Shown piece by piece: positions 38,690-48,767 of a stretch of 64,000 nt of DNA (its first letter is position 1; each line of letters starts with the position of its first letter). Origin of the DNA: an uncultured bacterium (GTDB lineage: Bacteria > Actinomycetota > Acidimicrobiia > Spongiisociales > ZC4RG35). The notes under the pieces are model-generated. The model made no database searches, was not told where the DNA came from, and saw only the letters and a program-made list of their open reading frames with translations. The DNA is taken from positions 467,809 to 531,808 of the forward strand of contig CAVUYZ010000003.1 of NCBI GenBank assembly GCA_963745865.1. The letters run 5' to 3'. The position numbers were made by a program, and so were the translations under genes.

Positions 38690-39203
38690 AGCGCATGGCG
38701 GGCACGGCCACGTGAATCCCGCCGGGTAGGCCAGTCGGTGCCGCAGCAGCCAACAACTACGTCGACGCCATGGGCAACCGGCGGAGTCCTGAGTGGCCGA
38801 GGCTCTTGGCTGCCAGGACGTCGCTGCTCCCACGAATCGAGGTGAGTGTGGTTCCGCTCGCAGCGAGTGTTGCTGCGCATCGTTCCTGTTGTCGGCGACG
38901 GCTCTGTCGAGGCGGCGAACAGCGGCGAGGAGGTAGCGGGCGATCACTCTCTGCGCGGTCCCAACGCCGTCGTCTGGTCGGATCTTGGCGAGCAATGTGG
39001 CGGCGATCCTGGCGATGAGATGCCGCACCCCGAGACGCTATCTCGGGTCTCCATCGCGACTGCCTCAAATGAACGGACCCCCAACCGGAACGCAGAATGA
39101 GTGTCGGGTGACACCAACCCGTCGGAACCCGTCCAACACCGCGCATAACTTTTGGAGGGCTATGCAGAACAGCTCTTCGCTACTTGACATCTACCCGGCG
39201 GGA

Positions 39204-39515
39204 ATGCTGATCTCCATCGAAATCGACCTCGAATCGGACGTCATCGGCGTGATCCTTCGCGGGGAACTAGACATGTGTACCGGCCGTCGCGTACTGAGCG
39301 TATTGGAACCGTTCACCCGGAAGTGTCAGCCTTCGCTACGCATCGATCTCACCCAGGTCTCGTTCATAGACTCGGCTGGCGCCTCTGCGATCGTTGAGTT
39401 GGCCGACTCGATCGCCCGAGAGGACGGTTACCTCGAGATCGACCGTTGCTCCGATCAGGTCGAGTACATCTTCGCAATGCTTGGGATCCCGGTGCCGGGG
39501 GTATTGCGGGACTGA
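39204..39515 (+). CDS. STAS domain/anti-sigma factor antagonist
   Basis: LRGELDM, IDLTQVSFIDSAG; alternative start at 39162. Confidence 0.85.
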   Translation: MLISIEIDLESDVIGVILRGELDMCTGRRVLSVLEPFTRKCQPSLRIDLTQVSFIDSAGASAIVELADSIAREDGYLEIDRCSDQVEYIFAMLGIPVPGVLRD

Positions 39516-39534
39516 CAACAAGGGGGATTACAGC

Positions 39535-39840
39535 ATGTTGGCAAGCGAGATCTATGTCGAAGCGCAGGTCCAATACCGGCCAGAGTCACAACACATGACG
39601 ATCTCGTTCTCGGGGAGTGCGCACACAGGGATGCCACCATTCTCGAACGAGTTGATGAACCTCGCTCGGGGGGCACTGCGGGTGACCTTCGATCTCAGGG
39701 GCCTCCGTCTGGCGAACCCAAAGAGGACAGTCGAAGCGATCCTGGCTGCGCTTGGCACCGACGAGTCTGACCCGAACACCGAGATCCTCACCTCCGATCC
39801 CGTCGACAACGCCTTGCGGGGCGCGTACTATGCCGGCTGA
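39535..39840 (+). CDS. Hypothetical protein, degenerate STAS-like
   Basis: RBS AGGGGG; ISFSG...VTFDLRGL. Confidence 0.55.
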   Translation: MLASEIYVEAQVQYRPESQHMTISFSGSAHTGMPPFSNELMNLARGALRVTFDLRGLRLANPKRTVEAILAALGTDESDPNTEILTSDPVDNALRGAYYAG

Positions 39841-40132
39841 GTTCGAGCCCTTCACCCACCACCTCGTCGGGGCAGTCCACGTGTTGACCGTGTTCCGCGA
39901 CGACCGTGAGTTGATCCGGCACATACTCGAGCAGGAGCGATCCGTCTGCTCGGCCAAGCGCGTTATCGTCGATCTGGGCCGAATCTGTACCGCATCGGGC
40001 AGGCACCTAGATGTGATCCGGGCGATGGATTGGAACCGGGACCTCATGGTGAGGCTCACCGCCGACCGACCTCCCATCTCCCTCGAATGCCTTGGCGAGG
40101 GTGCCCGTACGATGGCAACCGGCGCGAGTTGA
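39830..40132 (+). CDS. Hypothetical protein, degenerate STAS-like
   Basis: Overlaps the previous gene; RVIVDLGRI. Confidence 0.5.
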   Translation: MPAEFEPFTHHLVGAVHVLTVFRDDRELIRHILEQERSVCSAKRVIVDLGRICTASGRHLDVIRAMDWNRDLMVRLTADRPPISLECLGEGARTMATGAS

Positions 40133-40344
40133 ACGCCACCACGACATTTGGGAGGGATTGGGCGCCGTTCCTCGAGCCAAGTGTGAAGGTGCTAGCTAGA
40201 GGGGCCAGGTGTGAACGGGGTTCTGGTCCTTCTTGTTGGTGGAGTCCGTCGCTTTCGCCCGATACGTTCCGACGATGGAGCTACGCGACACTGACCGCCA
40301 CATCCAGGCGATCGCTCGCCGGCACGGGACGCGGTCCAGTCGCT

Positions 40345-41028
40345 TCATCCCCAGGTGATTGTCGACAGAACCTCATTGACCTCGGCGGCCCAGGTCTCGA
40401 AGAATCCCTCGCTTGCCTCGGTGACGATGACGACTGTCTCGCCGTTGACGTCGACCACCCAGAGCCGATTCGGCATTTCCTCCGCCACTACCCAACCATC
40501 TCCTGAAGTTAGGAGGGTGGAGCAGGGACCGATTCCGAAGCCGCACAGTTCCTCGGGAGTGTCGCTCAGCCGCACATCGACGACGTAGCCGGGGGCAGAG
40601 CCAAGTTCGATCGGTGTTGGTTCCGTGGTGACGATGTCGCTGTTGGAAGCCAATGCTTCGAGCCACCCGTCAACCGAGTCGGGGCCTTCCGTGGAGAACG
40701 CTACAAACGACGAACCGGCCTTGAACACGAACATGATCGAACCGTGATCTTCTTCGCGCCAGTTGGGCGGTGTCGCGAGGGTGAACGGCGGGTCCCAGTC
40801 AGCCTCGAATACCGTCTCCGCGGGCTCGCTGGTCGTGGTGGTGGCCGCAGTGGTGGTTGTCGTTTCGGCCGCTGCGGTTGTCTGGGGCGCTGCGGTCGCA
40901 GCCGTTGTCGTGGTGCCCGGTGCATCCGTGGCAGTCGTGGTGTCGTCTGTTCCGTCGCCGCCCGCCGAGCATGCCGCGATGAACAAGATCGTTGCTGAGA
41001 CCATTACGAGAGAGCGTGGACGACCCAT
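40345..41028 (-). CDS. Thr-rich lipoprotein
   Basis: Lipobox IAAC, Thr/Ala linker; RBS AAGGAG. Confidence 0.8.
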   Translation of the reverse strand: MGRPRSLVMVSATILFIAACSAGGDGTDDTTTATDAPGTTTTAATAAPQTTAAAETTTTTAATTTTSEPAETVFEADWDPPFTLATPPNWREEDHGSIMFVFKAGSSFVAFSTEGPDSVDGWLEALASNSDIVTTEPTPIELGSAPGYVVDVRLSDTPEELCGFGIGPCSTLLTSGDGWVVAEEMPNRLWVVDVNGETVVIVTEASEGFFETWAAEVNEVLSTITWG

Positions 41029-41646
41029 TGATTCTCCTTGTGTGGAGTGGAAATCGGTCTCATTCGGTGACCCGTTGCGATATCCCGGAGACGCCAAGCG
41101 CCGACACCTTGTTGACGGTACACCTACTGGCTACGCCTGGGGCGTTCTGCGCTGCCGCCCGGAGGCTGAGCACCAACGGAATACCCCCCAGCCCCTTCGC
41201 GCCCGAGGCGTCGAAGGAGGCGAACGCAGATACGGAGAGACTCCCTACTCCTCCCCGCGATCTCACATCCGCAACCTTCACGCGCGACGACGCATGGTCG
41301 GTTGTCGCTGGGTGCGCTCGGGGATGTGTGGAGATTGATGGGGGCGTTCCTCGATCGAATGGGATGTGAGCGTGTAGGAGGGGACGTCTCGCACCCATCG
41401 CACCTGGTCGAGTGTGGGCGAGTTTCTGGGCTGGCGATGGGGGTGTCGAGGATGACCTTCTCACCGCAGATCCCGTCGGTCTTATCGGGCCCGGTGTAGC
41501 TGCGACACCCAAATCACCTCTTCCCAGTTGGAGAAGCGATAGCGCGTTTGTCCACTTCCTTCATCGGGTAGCGCCCCATAGGGAAACCAACGAGGTCAGC
41601 CCACGAGCGCTGGGATGAAGGAAGCTCGCGATACTTCTGATTCTGG

Positions 41647-41692
41647 CAAACGTGGCTGCAGCTTTGGTTCAAACGTGGCTGCAGCTTTGGTT
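41647..41692 (+). repeat. 23-bp perfect tandem repeat
   Basis: CAAACGTGGCTGCAGCTTTGGTT x2. Confidence 0.9.
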
Positions 41693-41774
41693 TACGAGAC
41701 TTGGTGGATGCTGGGCGTGGCATTTGGCTAGTGCAGCCTTCGCCGAACGGTTACGAGTACAGGAGCTGCCCAAG

Positions 41775-42653
41775 ATGACGCGCATGCGGCCACCTAAAGG
41801 AGTCAAGGGGATTCGCCGCCCATTCCCGACTTCCTACGAACGGTTTGTGGGGAGGATCAGAGTTCCACTGGTCTGGGTCTGGGTCGTCTTGATCGTGGTC
41901 GACTCCTTCTTCGCAGACATACCCGGGTGGGCCACCCTCGGCGCGACGATCTTGGTATTCGCTTTCTATTTCGTGGAGGGGACACCCAAGGCGAAGGTGA
42001 GGACGATTCGTTCACCTGTCGTGGGGCGATGGGAAGCTGTCAATAGTCCAGCAAGTCGGGTCCCTAGCCACGGGCTGCACGCTTACGGGCAAACCTATGC
42101 AATAGACCTCACCTATCACCCCGCTGATGGGCACCGACCCGAATCGGGTGGGGTCTGGCCGTTGGCGCATCCTCCTGAGGAGTACCCCGCATTCGGTCAA
42201 CCTGTCTTCGCCCCGATCGACGGGACTGTGGTCAGCATTCGCGAGACTGCACGTGATCATCTGAGCCGGACATCATGGGTCGGCATGTTGTACCTCGTTG
42301 TAGAGGCCGGTGTGCGTGAACTCCTGGGAACGGGGAGGATCCTCGGCAATCACATCGTCATCGACAGCGGCGACGGGACGTACGTGCTGGTTGCCCACCT
42401 CCGGCAACATTCGTCACGAGTTCGCGAGGGGGAAGGTGTGACAAGAGGCCAGCCATTGGCAGAGTGCGGCAACTCGGGAAACAGCACCGAACCCCATATA
42501 CATCTCCAGATGATGGACCACCCGAACCCGTATCTGGCATGCGGCCTTCCACTCCAGTTCGAATCCGAGACCCTCGAAGCCGATCGCGCCGGAGTGCCTG
42601 GCAACGGTGAAGCCATGGTCAGCCTATCGATGTGCCGGTCGAAGCCGTTCTAG
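41775..42653 (+). CDS. M23 family metallopeptidase with N-terminal TM helices
   Basis: SHG...YAIDL, GNHIVI, AHL, CGNSGNSTEPHIH. Confidence 0.9.
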   Translation: MTRMRPPKGVKGIRRPFPTSYERFVGRIRVPLVWVWVVLIVVDSFFADIPGWATLGATILVFAFYFVEGTPKAKVRTIRSPVVGRWEAVNSPASRVPSHGLHAYGQTYAIDLTYHPADGHRPESGGVWPLAHPPEEYPAFGQPVFAPIDGTVVSIRETARDHLSRTSWVGMLYLVVEAGVRELLGTGRILGNHIVIDSGDGTYVLVAHLRQHSSRVREGEGVTRGQPLAECGNSGNSTEPHIHLQMMDHPNPYLACGLPLQFESETLEADRAGVPGNGEAMVSLSMCRSKPF

Positions 42654-43386
42654 TGGCGCTCCAGCCGAACGGTGACGCCAAAGAGACAAAAGTCGCGACT
42701 CCCGCGTTCGGCTGGTCGCAATACGCCGCCCGCTGCACTCTCATCAATGACAGCGCCAGCGTGCAAAGTTCGGCCGATGCGTGCGAACGGACCAGATTGG
42801 CCGGCCCGATCAACCCCCGAATCGTCAGTCGGAGGATGTTGCCGCGAGCAGAATCGACATGATCCCGGGACGTTCGCTGCTGACGTTCAGGTGTTGCTCC
42901 CCGCCTGTTCTCGCATCCTATGCGGAGGGTGTCGAGCTCGGCGTTGTCCCCTGCAGCTTCTTCTCGGCGATCAACCACGGCACGCGGGTCGGATCGGTCC
43001 AGAGCGTCGCGCGAGATGCCATGGACCCGACTCGGAGCGGGTGTGGCGGAGATAGCGGGGCGCTCGGCGGGCCGACCGGGATTCGATTGCCGGACTCAGT
43101 GTCGGCTGGGGAGGCGATTGTAGGTGGAGGACCTCGTTGTGCGAGACGGTGGCGACCAGAAGTCGAACGGCCTCGAATAGCCGATGCTCGCATGTCGTTC
43201 GGCGCGCGGGCAGAGGTCAGGATGCGGTCAGGTCGTGCGGGATTCGCCGGTGTAGGCCACCCCAGCCTGAACACTGCCCACAACACACCGGTCACGGCGG
43301 TCCCGATCAACGCCAAACCGAAATCTCTTCAGTGGTGCGTTCGTCGTGTTGGCCGGTCTGAGATGACGCGCTGCTGGCGCGACGCG

Positions 43387-45234
43387 TCACGCGTAACCGT
43401 ACGCCTCAGCCCGCTCGTCGAGGACTGCGGTGACCTTGGTGCGCAGCTCGTCGAAGAACTCGGGGGTGTTGAAGTATGGGAGCTTGCTCGCGGGGGCAGG
43501 CTGGTGGGCCTCTGCAGGGAGCGCATAGTCATCTACCTCGTAGCCGACCCGGCGCTCGAGCGCGTAGCCGCGCACCCAGGTGCGGTCGACCGCCGCCCGC
43601 AGTTCGTCGGCGGTCACCTCGAGCCCGGCAGCGATGCCGAGCGCCTCGGCGATGAGCACCGGGTCGAGCGCGGCGAACTTGCACATCCCGGTCATATCGT
43701 CCAGCAACGTCATCGGACCACGGTTGGTGATGGCATCCACCCAGTAGTCCATCCCGGTCTCCCGTTCGAGGATCACCAGGATGAACGTCTTCATCGACAT
43801 GTGCCCGCCTGCCAGCGCCCACGGATACCCCGGATTGGAATGCGGGACGTACGCCGGGAACTCGACACCCTTCGACTGCATGGCGAAGTCGAGCGACCCC
43901 GTGCGCATAGCAAACCGGAGCGTGCCTTCACCCACCTCGGGCAGGCGGCCCTCGGCCACGCCGTGGATCGCTGCGACGATGGCGTCGTAGTCACCGTACG
44001 AGAGCCCGTCTACGAATTGGTTGTCGGGGTTGCGCAGGTTCCACTCCATGATGTGGCCGAGGCTCACTCCCAGCGAGATCGAATCCATCGCCAACTCGTC
44101 GACCAACGCCACGAGGTCCAGCGCCTGGTCGACGTCGTACAGGCCCAGATTCGATGACAAGAGGGTGAACGGTTCGTAGTCGACCTTGGTGCGGAACGGC
44201 CCGGCCTCACCGTCGACCTCGTCGTAGATGTTCTTGTGGCACTTGATCCCACACAGGTAGCAACTCTCCGCTTTGATCTCGTATGGGCCCCGCTCCACTG
44301 CTTTGCGGGTCAGTGCAACACCCCGATCGGTTCCGGTCGGGTTGAAGTTGTACTCCGGCAGCACGCCGTTCTCGTGTTGGAGCGGCACCTGCCGCCACGT
44401 GCCGCCTGCGCCGTCGTCTCGGTACGGCCAACTTCCCTTGCCGAGGTTGGCCTCCCTGTTGATGTCCTTGAGACCGCGCGAGCTGATCTTCGGGTTGGGC
44501 CCGTCCGCGGCGATCGCGTACAGGTTCTTGGAGGCGAGCACCCCGCCATATCCGCCGCGGCCGCAATAGCGGGCTTTCGGATCGCCGGTCTTCAACTGGT
44601 TCTCTGTGGAGAGGGCGATCGAGGCGTAGCGGACGTTCTCGTAGTTCTGTGCCGCAGGTCCGATCACGGCGAAGTGGGCGTCCGGATACTGCTCGTGGAG
44701 TGTCAAGATCCGCTTGTTGACGTGCAGTTCTCCCAGTCCGGAGGCGTCGAGGAATTCGAAGTTGGCGGGACCGTCCGGGCCCTCCGGGTCGTCCGACTGG
44801 GTCAGATGGATCATCCTGGGCGAGGAGGCCCGTCCGGTGAACACCACCTCGTCGATCCCCAGGCCGCGCAGCTTGGTACCGAACTTGCCGCTTCCAGCGC
44901 TCCACATCAGCCCGGGTTTCCCGCTGCGTGACATCTTGAGCGGCGAATAGCCATGGAAATACGTGCGCAGACCCGTCATGACGCGGGTTCCGCTGAGCAG
45001 ACCCAGGTTCATGACGATCGGTGCAGCCGGGTCGTAGGCGTCGTCGACCTCGACCCCGGAGAGGAGCTTGGTGGCTCGGGCGATCCCACCCAGCACGTCC
45101 TCGAGGTCCTCGCATTGGACCCTCTCGAACCGCACCGTCTCGGTGGTGAGGTCCACGTGGTATCGGTTCACCGAGAAGGCGGTTGGCGGGTGCAAATCAG
45201 ACTCCGTCGCCTTGTTCTCGGTATCTACCGGCAT
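43387..45234 (-). CDS. Aldehyde ferredoxin oxidoreductase family (tungsten/bis-pyranopterin) enzyme
   Basis: SAGSGKFG..L, IGPA, CGRGGYGGVLASKNLYAI, CYLCGIKC, DYE, DSISLG, GMCKF. Confidence 0.92.
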   Translation of the reverse strand: MPVDTENKATESDLHPPTAFSVNRYHVDLTTETVRFERVQCEDLEDVLGGIARATKLLSGVEVDDAYDPAAPIVMNLGLLSGTRVMTGLRTYFHGYSPLKMSRSGKPGLMWSAGSGKFGTKLRGLGIDEVVFTGRASSPRMIHLTQSDDPEGPDGPANFEFLDASGLGELHVNKRILTLHEQYPDAHFAVIGPAAQNYENVRYASIALSTENQLKTGDPKARYCGRGGYGGVLASKNLYAIAADGPNPKISSRGLKDINREANLGKGSWPYRDDGAGGTWRQVPLQHENGVLPEYNFNPTGTDRGVALTRKAVERGPYEIKAESCYLCGIKCHKNIYDEVDGEAGPFRTKVDYEPFTLLSSNLGLYDVDQALDLVALVDELAMDSISLGVSLGHIMEWNLRNPDNQFVDGLSYGDYDAIVAAIHGVAEGRLPEVGEGTLRFAMRTGSLDFAMQSKGVEFPAYVPHSNPGYPWALAGGHMSMKTFILVILERETGMDYWVDAITNRGPMTLLDDMTGMCKFAALDPVLIAEALGIAAGLEVTADELRAAVDRTWVRGYALERRVGYEVDDYALPAEAHQPAPASKLPYFNTPEFFDELRTKVTAVLDERAEAYGYA

Positions 45235-45321
45235 ACCCGACTACCTCCGTTGGACTGCTGAAAGACTGTAATGGAACGGGTGTGCGCCAGACTTCCCAGC
45301 CGTGCAACGTCCCGACCACCC

Positions 45322-47253
45322 TCAGTCGGTGAAGCCGGCATCGGTGAGCCGCCGGCGTGCCGCTGGGTCATCGAGGAGCCGGCGCAGGGTCGTCACTGCC
45401 GGGCGGTCCCAGCGGTCCTCGCGCACGGCCACGTCGTATCGCTCGTCCGCCACGAATCGGAACTCGAGTCCAGCATTGATGGCGATGGTGTCCAGAGTCA
45501 TCCCCCAGTCGGCCCGCCCCTGCTCGACGGAGGCCGCCACTGCATGGTGGGTTCTCGCCTGATGCAGATAGCCGTCGGGGCGGGCCCCGGCCAGCATGCG
45601 ATCGATGAGGATGCGGGTGCCGCTTCCCGGGTTGCGATTGATCATCCGCCGCTCACAGAGTTCGGCCATGAAGGCCTGCTCGTCGTCGACCATGTCGGCC
45701 AGCGGGTCGTCGGAGCGGAAGACGATTCCCTGGCGGCGGCCGTAGCCGTGGATCAGGCGGACGCCGTCGGGCAGGAAAGGCGTGTTGTACTGCCCGGTTT
45801 CCTCGTCGAGGAGGTGGACGCCGGCGACATCGCCTTCTCCCCGGGCTACCGCCGCCAGCCCGGCTGTCGAACCCACCGGAATCGATTTCACCCGGAACCC
45901 CTCGGCCGCCACGAGACCGAGCAAGTCGTCGAGGCCGATGCAGTGACTGCCGATGGCCACCAGGTCTGCGGGGCGCAGATCCGGGTCGATCAGCCGAACC
46001 TCGACCTCGGTTCCTTCCTCCAGGTATTCGTGGTTGGAGGGGATGCGGATGAAGCCATCGGCCCGGGCGAAGGCGGTGACGCTCCCGGAACCCGCCCCCA
46101 GCGGATACGCAACCAGGCCCGTGTCGCCCTCCACGAGGTCCACCAACGTGTATTCGGCGCGACCCGGGACGGAGGTGATCCGCATCGGCGCCGCGGCCCG
46201 CACCGTGCGGATGTCTCCGGCGGACAGCCCGGCCAGCCGGCGAAGCAGCGGGGCTACGAACTCGTGGAACGTGAACACCGCCGACGTCGGGAACCCCGGC
46301 AGAACCACGACCGGCGTACCGTCGATCACGGCCAGCAGGATCGGTTTGCCCGGCTTGAGCGCCACCCCGTGGACCACCACGCCCGGCGAGTCGGGAAAGC
46401 GTTCCGCCAGGCGCGTGACCATGGTGGCGTTGATGTCGCCGTCGCCCTTCGAGGTTCCGCCAGAGAGCAACACCACGTCGACGTCGTCGGGGCCAGAGAC
46501 GAGCGGGGCGACGGCGGCATCGAGCAACCGCTCGTCGTCAGAGACGACTCCGCACGCGACCGGCTCGCAGCCCAATTCGGCAACCGAGTCGAGAAGCATC
46601 CGCTGATTCGAGTCGTACACCTGACCGGTGGCGAGCGACCGGCCCGGGGGGACGATCTCGTCGCCGGTCGACACCACAGCGACCCGGGGTCGGACTATCG
46701 CCTCTACGCGGTCCACGCCAACCGAGGCCAGGACGGTCGTCTCCCGGGCAGTGAGTCGCCTGCCGCGGCGCATCACCACCTCGCCTCGGCCGATATCGGA
46801 ACCGGCGAAGGTGATGTTGCCGCCCGGGACGGCGGGCTTCGACACCCGGATACCGTCGGGGTGAGGTTCGGTGTTCTCGACCATCACCACCGCGTCGGCG
46901 CCGCGTGGAACGACGCCGCCTGTGGCGATCGGCACTGCGGTGCCAGGCGCCACCTCGAACCCTGCCGGTGGAGCGTGACCGGCAGCCAGCGAAACATCGG
47001 CGAGTGCCAACACCACTGGCTCCAACTCCTCTGCCCCGAAGGTGTCCGAAGCTCTCACGGCGAAGCCGTCCATGTTGGAACGATCGAAGGCGGGCACATC
47101 CACCTCGGCGGTGACATCGGCAGCCAGCACACGATGCAGGGCCACATCGAGCATCACGTTCTCGGTGCGCGGCTCCAGGTGGGCGCACGCCTCGTCGAAC
47201 CGGCGGTGGGCCTCGCCCTCGTCGATGACATCCAGGAACTGTCTCTGTTTCAC
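45322..47253 (-). CDS. moeA: Molybdopterin biosynthesis protein: MoeA fused to a PBP domain
   Basis: FDRSNMDGFAV, STGDE, SGGTSKG, KPGKP, LPGFP; C-terminal GSH..GS..GL, NRNPGSGTR. Confidence 0.93.
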   Translation of the reverse strand: MKQRQFLDVIDEGEAHRRFDEACAHLEPRTENVMLDVALHRVLAADVTAEVDVPAFDRSNMDGFAVRASDTFGAEELEPVVLALADVSLAAGHAPPAGFEVAPGTAVPIATGGVVPRGADAVVMVENTEPHPDGIRVSKPAVPGGNITFAGSDIGRGEVVMRRGRRLTARETTVLASVGVDRVEAIVRPRVAVVSTGDEIVPPGRSLATGQVYDSNQRMLLDSVAELGCEPVACGVVSDDERLLDAAVAPLVSGPDDVDVVLLSGGTSKGDGDINATMVTRLAERFPDSPGVVVHGVALKPGKPILLAVIDGTPVVVLPGFPTSAVFTFHEFVAPLLRRLAGLSAGDIRTVRAAAPMRITSVPGRAEYTLVDLVEGDTGLVAYPLGAGSGSVTAFARADGFIRIPSNHEYLEEGTEVEVRLIDPDLRPADLVAIGSHCIGLDDLLGLVAAEGFRVKSIPVGSTAGLAAVARGEGDVAGVHLLDEETGQYNTPFLPDGVRLIHGYGRRQGIVFRSDDPLADMVDDEQAFMAELCERRMINRNPGSGTRILIDRMLAGARPDGYLHQARTHHAVAASVEQGRADWGMTLDTIAINAGLEFRFVADERYDVAVREDRWDRPAVTTLRRLLDDPAARRRLTDAGFTD

Positions 47254-48767
47254 GGGAAGGCTCCGGCGTCGTACAAGTGGACCTCGATCTCAGTCCCTTC
47301 CGGGTATCCCTCGAGACCCGACGGAATGATCACGAACCCGGTCGCTCGGGTCACCGACGACAGGACCGACGCACCCGACACGGCCAGCGGTTCGACCATC
47401 CCGCCGCGCACCACCACTCGGGCATAGTCGGTGCGCCCGATCTGAGAGACCAGTCGGGTGCGGAGCGGCAGCCGCACCACCCGATACGGCCAGGCGGGTG
47501 ACAATCCGCCCAGAGTGCGGATCACCGGGCCGGCGAAGAAGTCGTAGGCCACCAGACACGACACCGGGTTGCCGGGTAGAACCAGCACCGGCTTGCCACC
47601 GATGCGTCCCACTCCGCTGGGCGACGAGGGACGCATTGCCACCCCGTGCACCGCCAACTCGCCCAGCTCCGCCACCAGCAGCGGAACCCGATCCTCGGTA
47701 CCCACCGAGGCGGCGCCAGCGGTGACGATCACATCGGCGCCCGATGCGGCCAGTGCCTCCCGCATTCGGTCGGCGTCGTCGGGGAGGCGAACGACCTCCG
47801 GAATGCCGCCGTCGCGAACGGTCAGCGCCGACAGCATGGGCGAGTTGGAGTCGACGATCTTCGACCCCGATGGCGTGCTGCCCGGCGCCAGTAGTTCGTC
47901 GCCGGAGACGACGATCCGCACTCGCGGCCGTCGATACACCAGTACCGGGTCCTGCCCGATCGACGACATCAACCCCACGTCCTGGGGAAGCAGGTGGCGA
48001 CCCTTGGTAAGCACGGTGGTGGCCGGGTCGATGTCCTCGCCGACCCGGCCGACGTTGCGACCCGGCGCCACCCCGGCTCGCACGGCAAGCTTCCCGTCGA
48101 CTTCGTCGGCGTCCTCGGCCCGCACCACGGCGTCGGCGCCGTCGGGAACAGGCGCCCCAGTCATGATGCGGACGGCCCGGCCCGCTCCCACCGATGCCTC
48201 TGATCCGGCTCCCGGCATCGACTGACCGGAGATCGCCAGCAGCACGGGGTCGTAGGTCGAGGCGCCGTAGGTTTCGTCCGCACGAACGGCATACCCGTCC
48301 ATCGTGGCGCGCCGGAATGACGGCACCGCCACCTCGCTCACCACGTCGGAGGCAAGCACCCGCCCGGCAGACTCGGTGACGGATACGGCCTCCGGCTCGA
48401 GCGGCCCGACGCCGTCCAGAGCGGCGGACAGTGCCTGGTCGACGGTGGACCGCTCACGAAAGCCGCGCATCCGCACGTCGTCCGAGCCACCAGCTATCGC
48501 CACGATCACGTCGATCTCGTCACCCGGTGTCACGGGGGTGGTGTCCAGCTCATCCGCCGGCACCTCGGTCTCCCGACTGAACAGGTGCAGGTGCCCGTGC
48601 AGCCGGCCGTCGTCGGTGAACAGGCGAATGCGGGTGCGGGGGTGAGCTGCGACGAGCGCGTCGAGCACCTCGCCCACGGTGGAGCCGTCGAGCTCGACGG
48701 CTTCCTGATCCTCTGTATACCGGCGCAGTGCTTCGGGGAGGCGAACCGTCACCACGAGTCGCGCCAC
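47250..48767 (-). CDS. moeA: MoaD/ThiS-like domain fused to MoeA
   Basis: Ubiquitin-like N-terminus ending AIAGG, in frame with ATMDGYAV, IMTGAPVP, SGDEL, LPGNP. Confidence 0.9.
   Translation of the reverse strand: MARLVVTVRLPEALRRYTEDQEAVELDGSTVGEVLDALVAAHPRTRIRLFTDDGRLHGHLHLFSRETEVPADELDTTPVTPGDEIDVIVAIAGGSDDVRMRGFRERSTVDQALSAALDGVGPLEPEAVSVTESAGRVLASDVVSEVAVPSFRRATMDGYAVRADETYGASTYDPVLLAISGQSMPGAGSEASVGAGRAVRIMTGAPVPDGADAVVRAEDADEVDGKLAVRAGVAPGRNVGRVGEDIDPATTVLTKGRHLLPQDVGLMSSIGQDPVLVYRRPRVRIVVSGDELLAPGSTPSGSKIVDSNSPMLSALTVRDGGIPEVVRLPDDADRMREALAASGADVIVTAGAASVGTEDRVPLLVAELGELAVHGVAMRPSSPSGVGRIGGKPVLVLPGNPVSCLVAYDFFAGPVIRTLGGLSPAWPYRVVRLPLRTRLVSQIGRTDYARVVVRGGMVEPLAVSGASVLSSVTRATGFVIIPSGLEGYPEGTEIEVHLYDAGAFP

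Noticed and set aside
41100-41300. Possible TPP or glycine riboswitch fragments (GCTGAG, GGAGAGAC)
   Set aside because: Conserved elements are incomplete, out of order and not upstream of a relevant gene.
41647-41692. Possible CRISPR repeat
   Set aside because: Only two abutting copies, no spacer and no cas genes in the window.
45271-47427. 718-aa plus-strand ORF and other long antisense ORFs (51849-53588, 28624-30339, 2861-4168)
   Set aside because: They lie opposite well-supported genes; typical high-GC shadow ORFs with no recognisable motifs.
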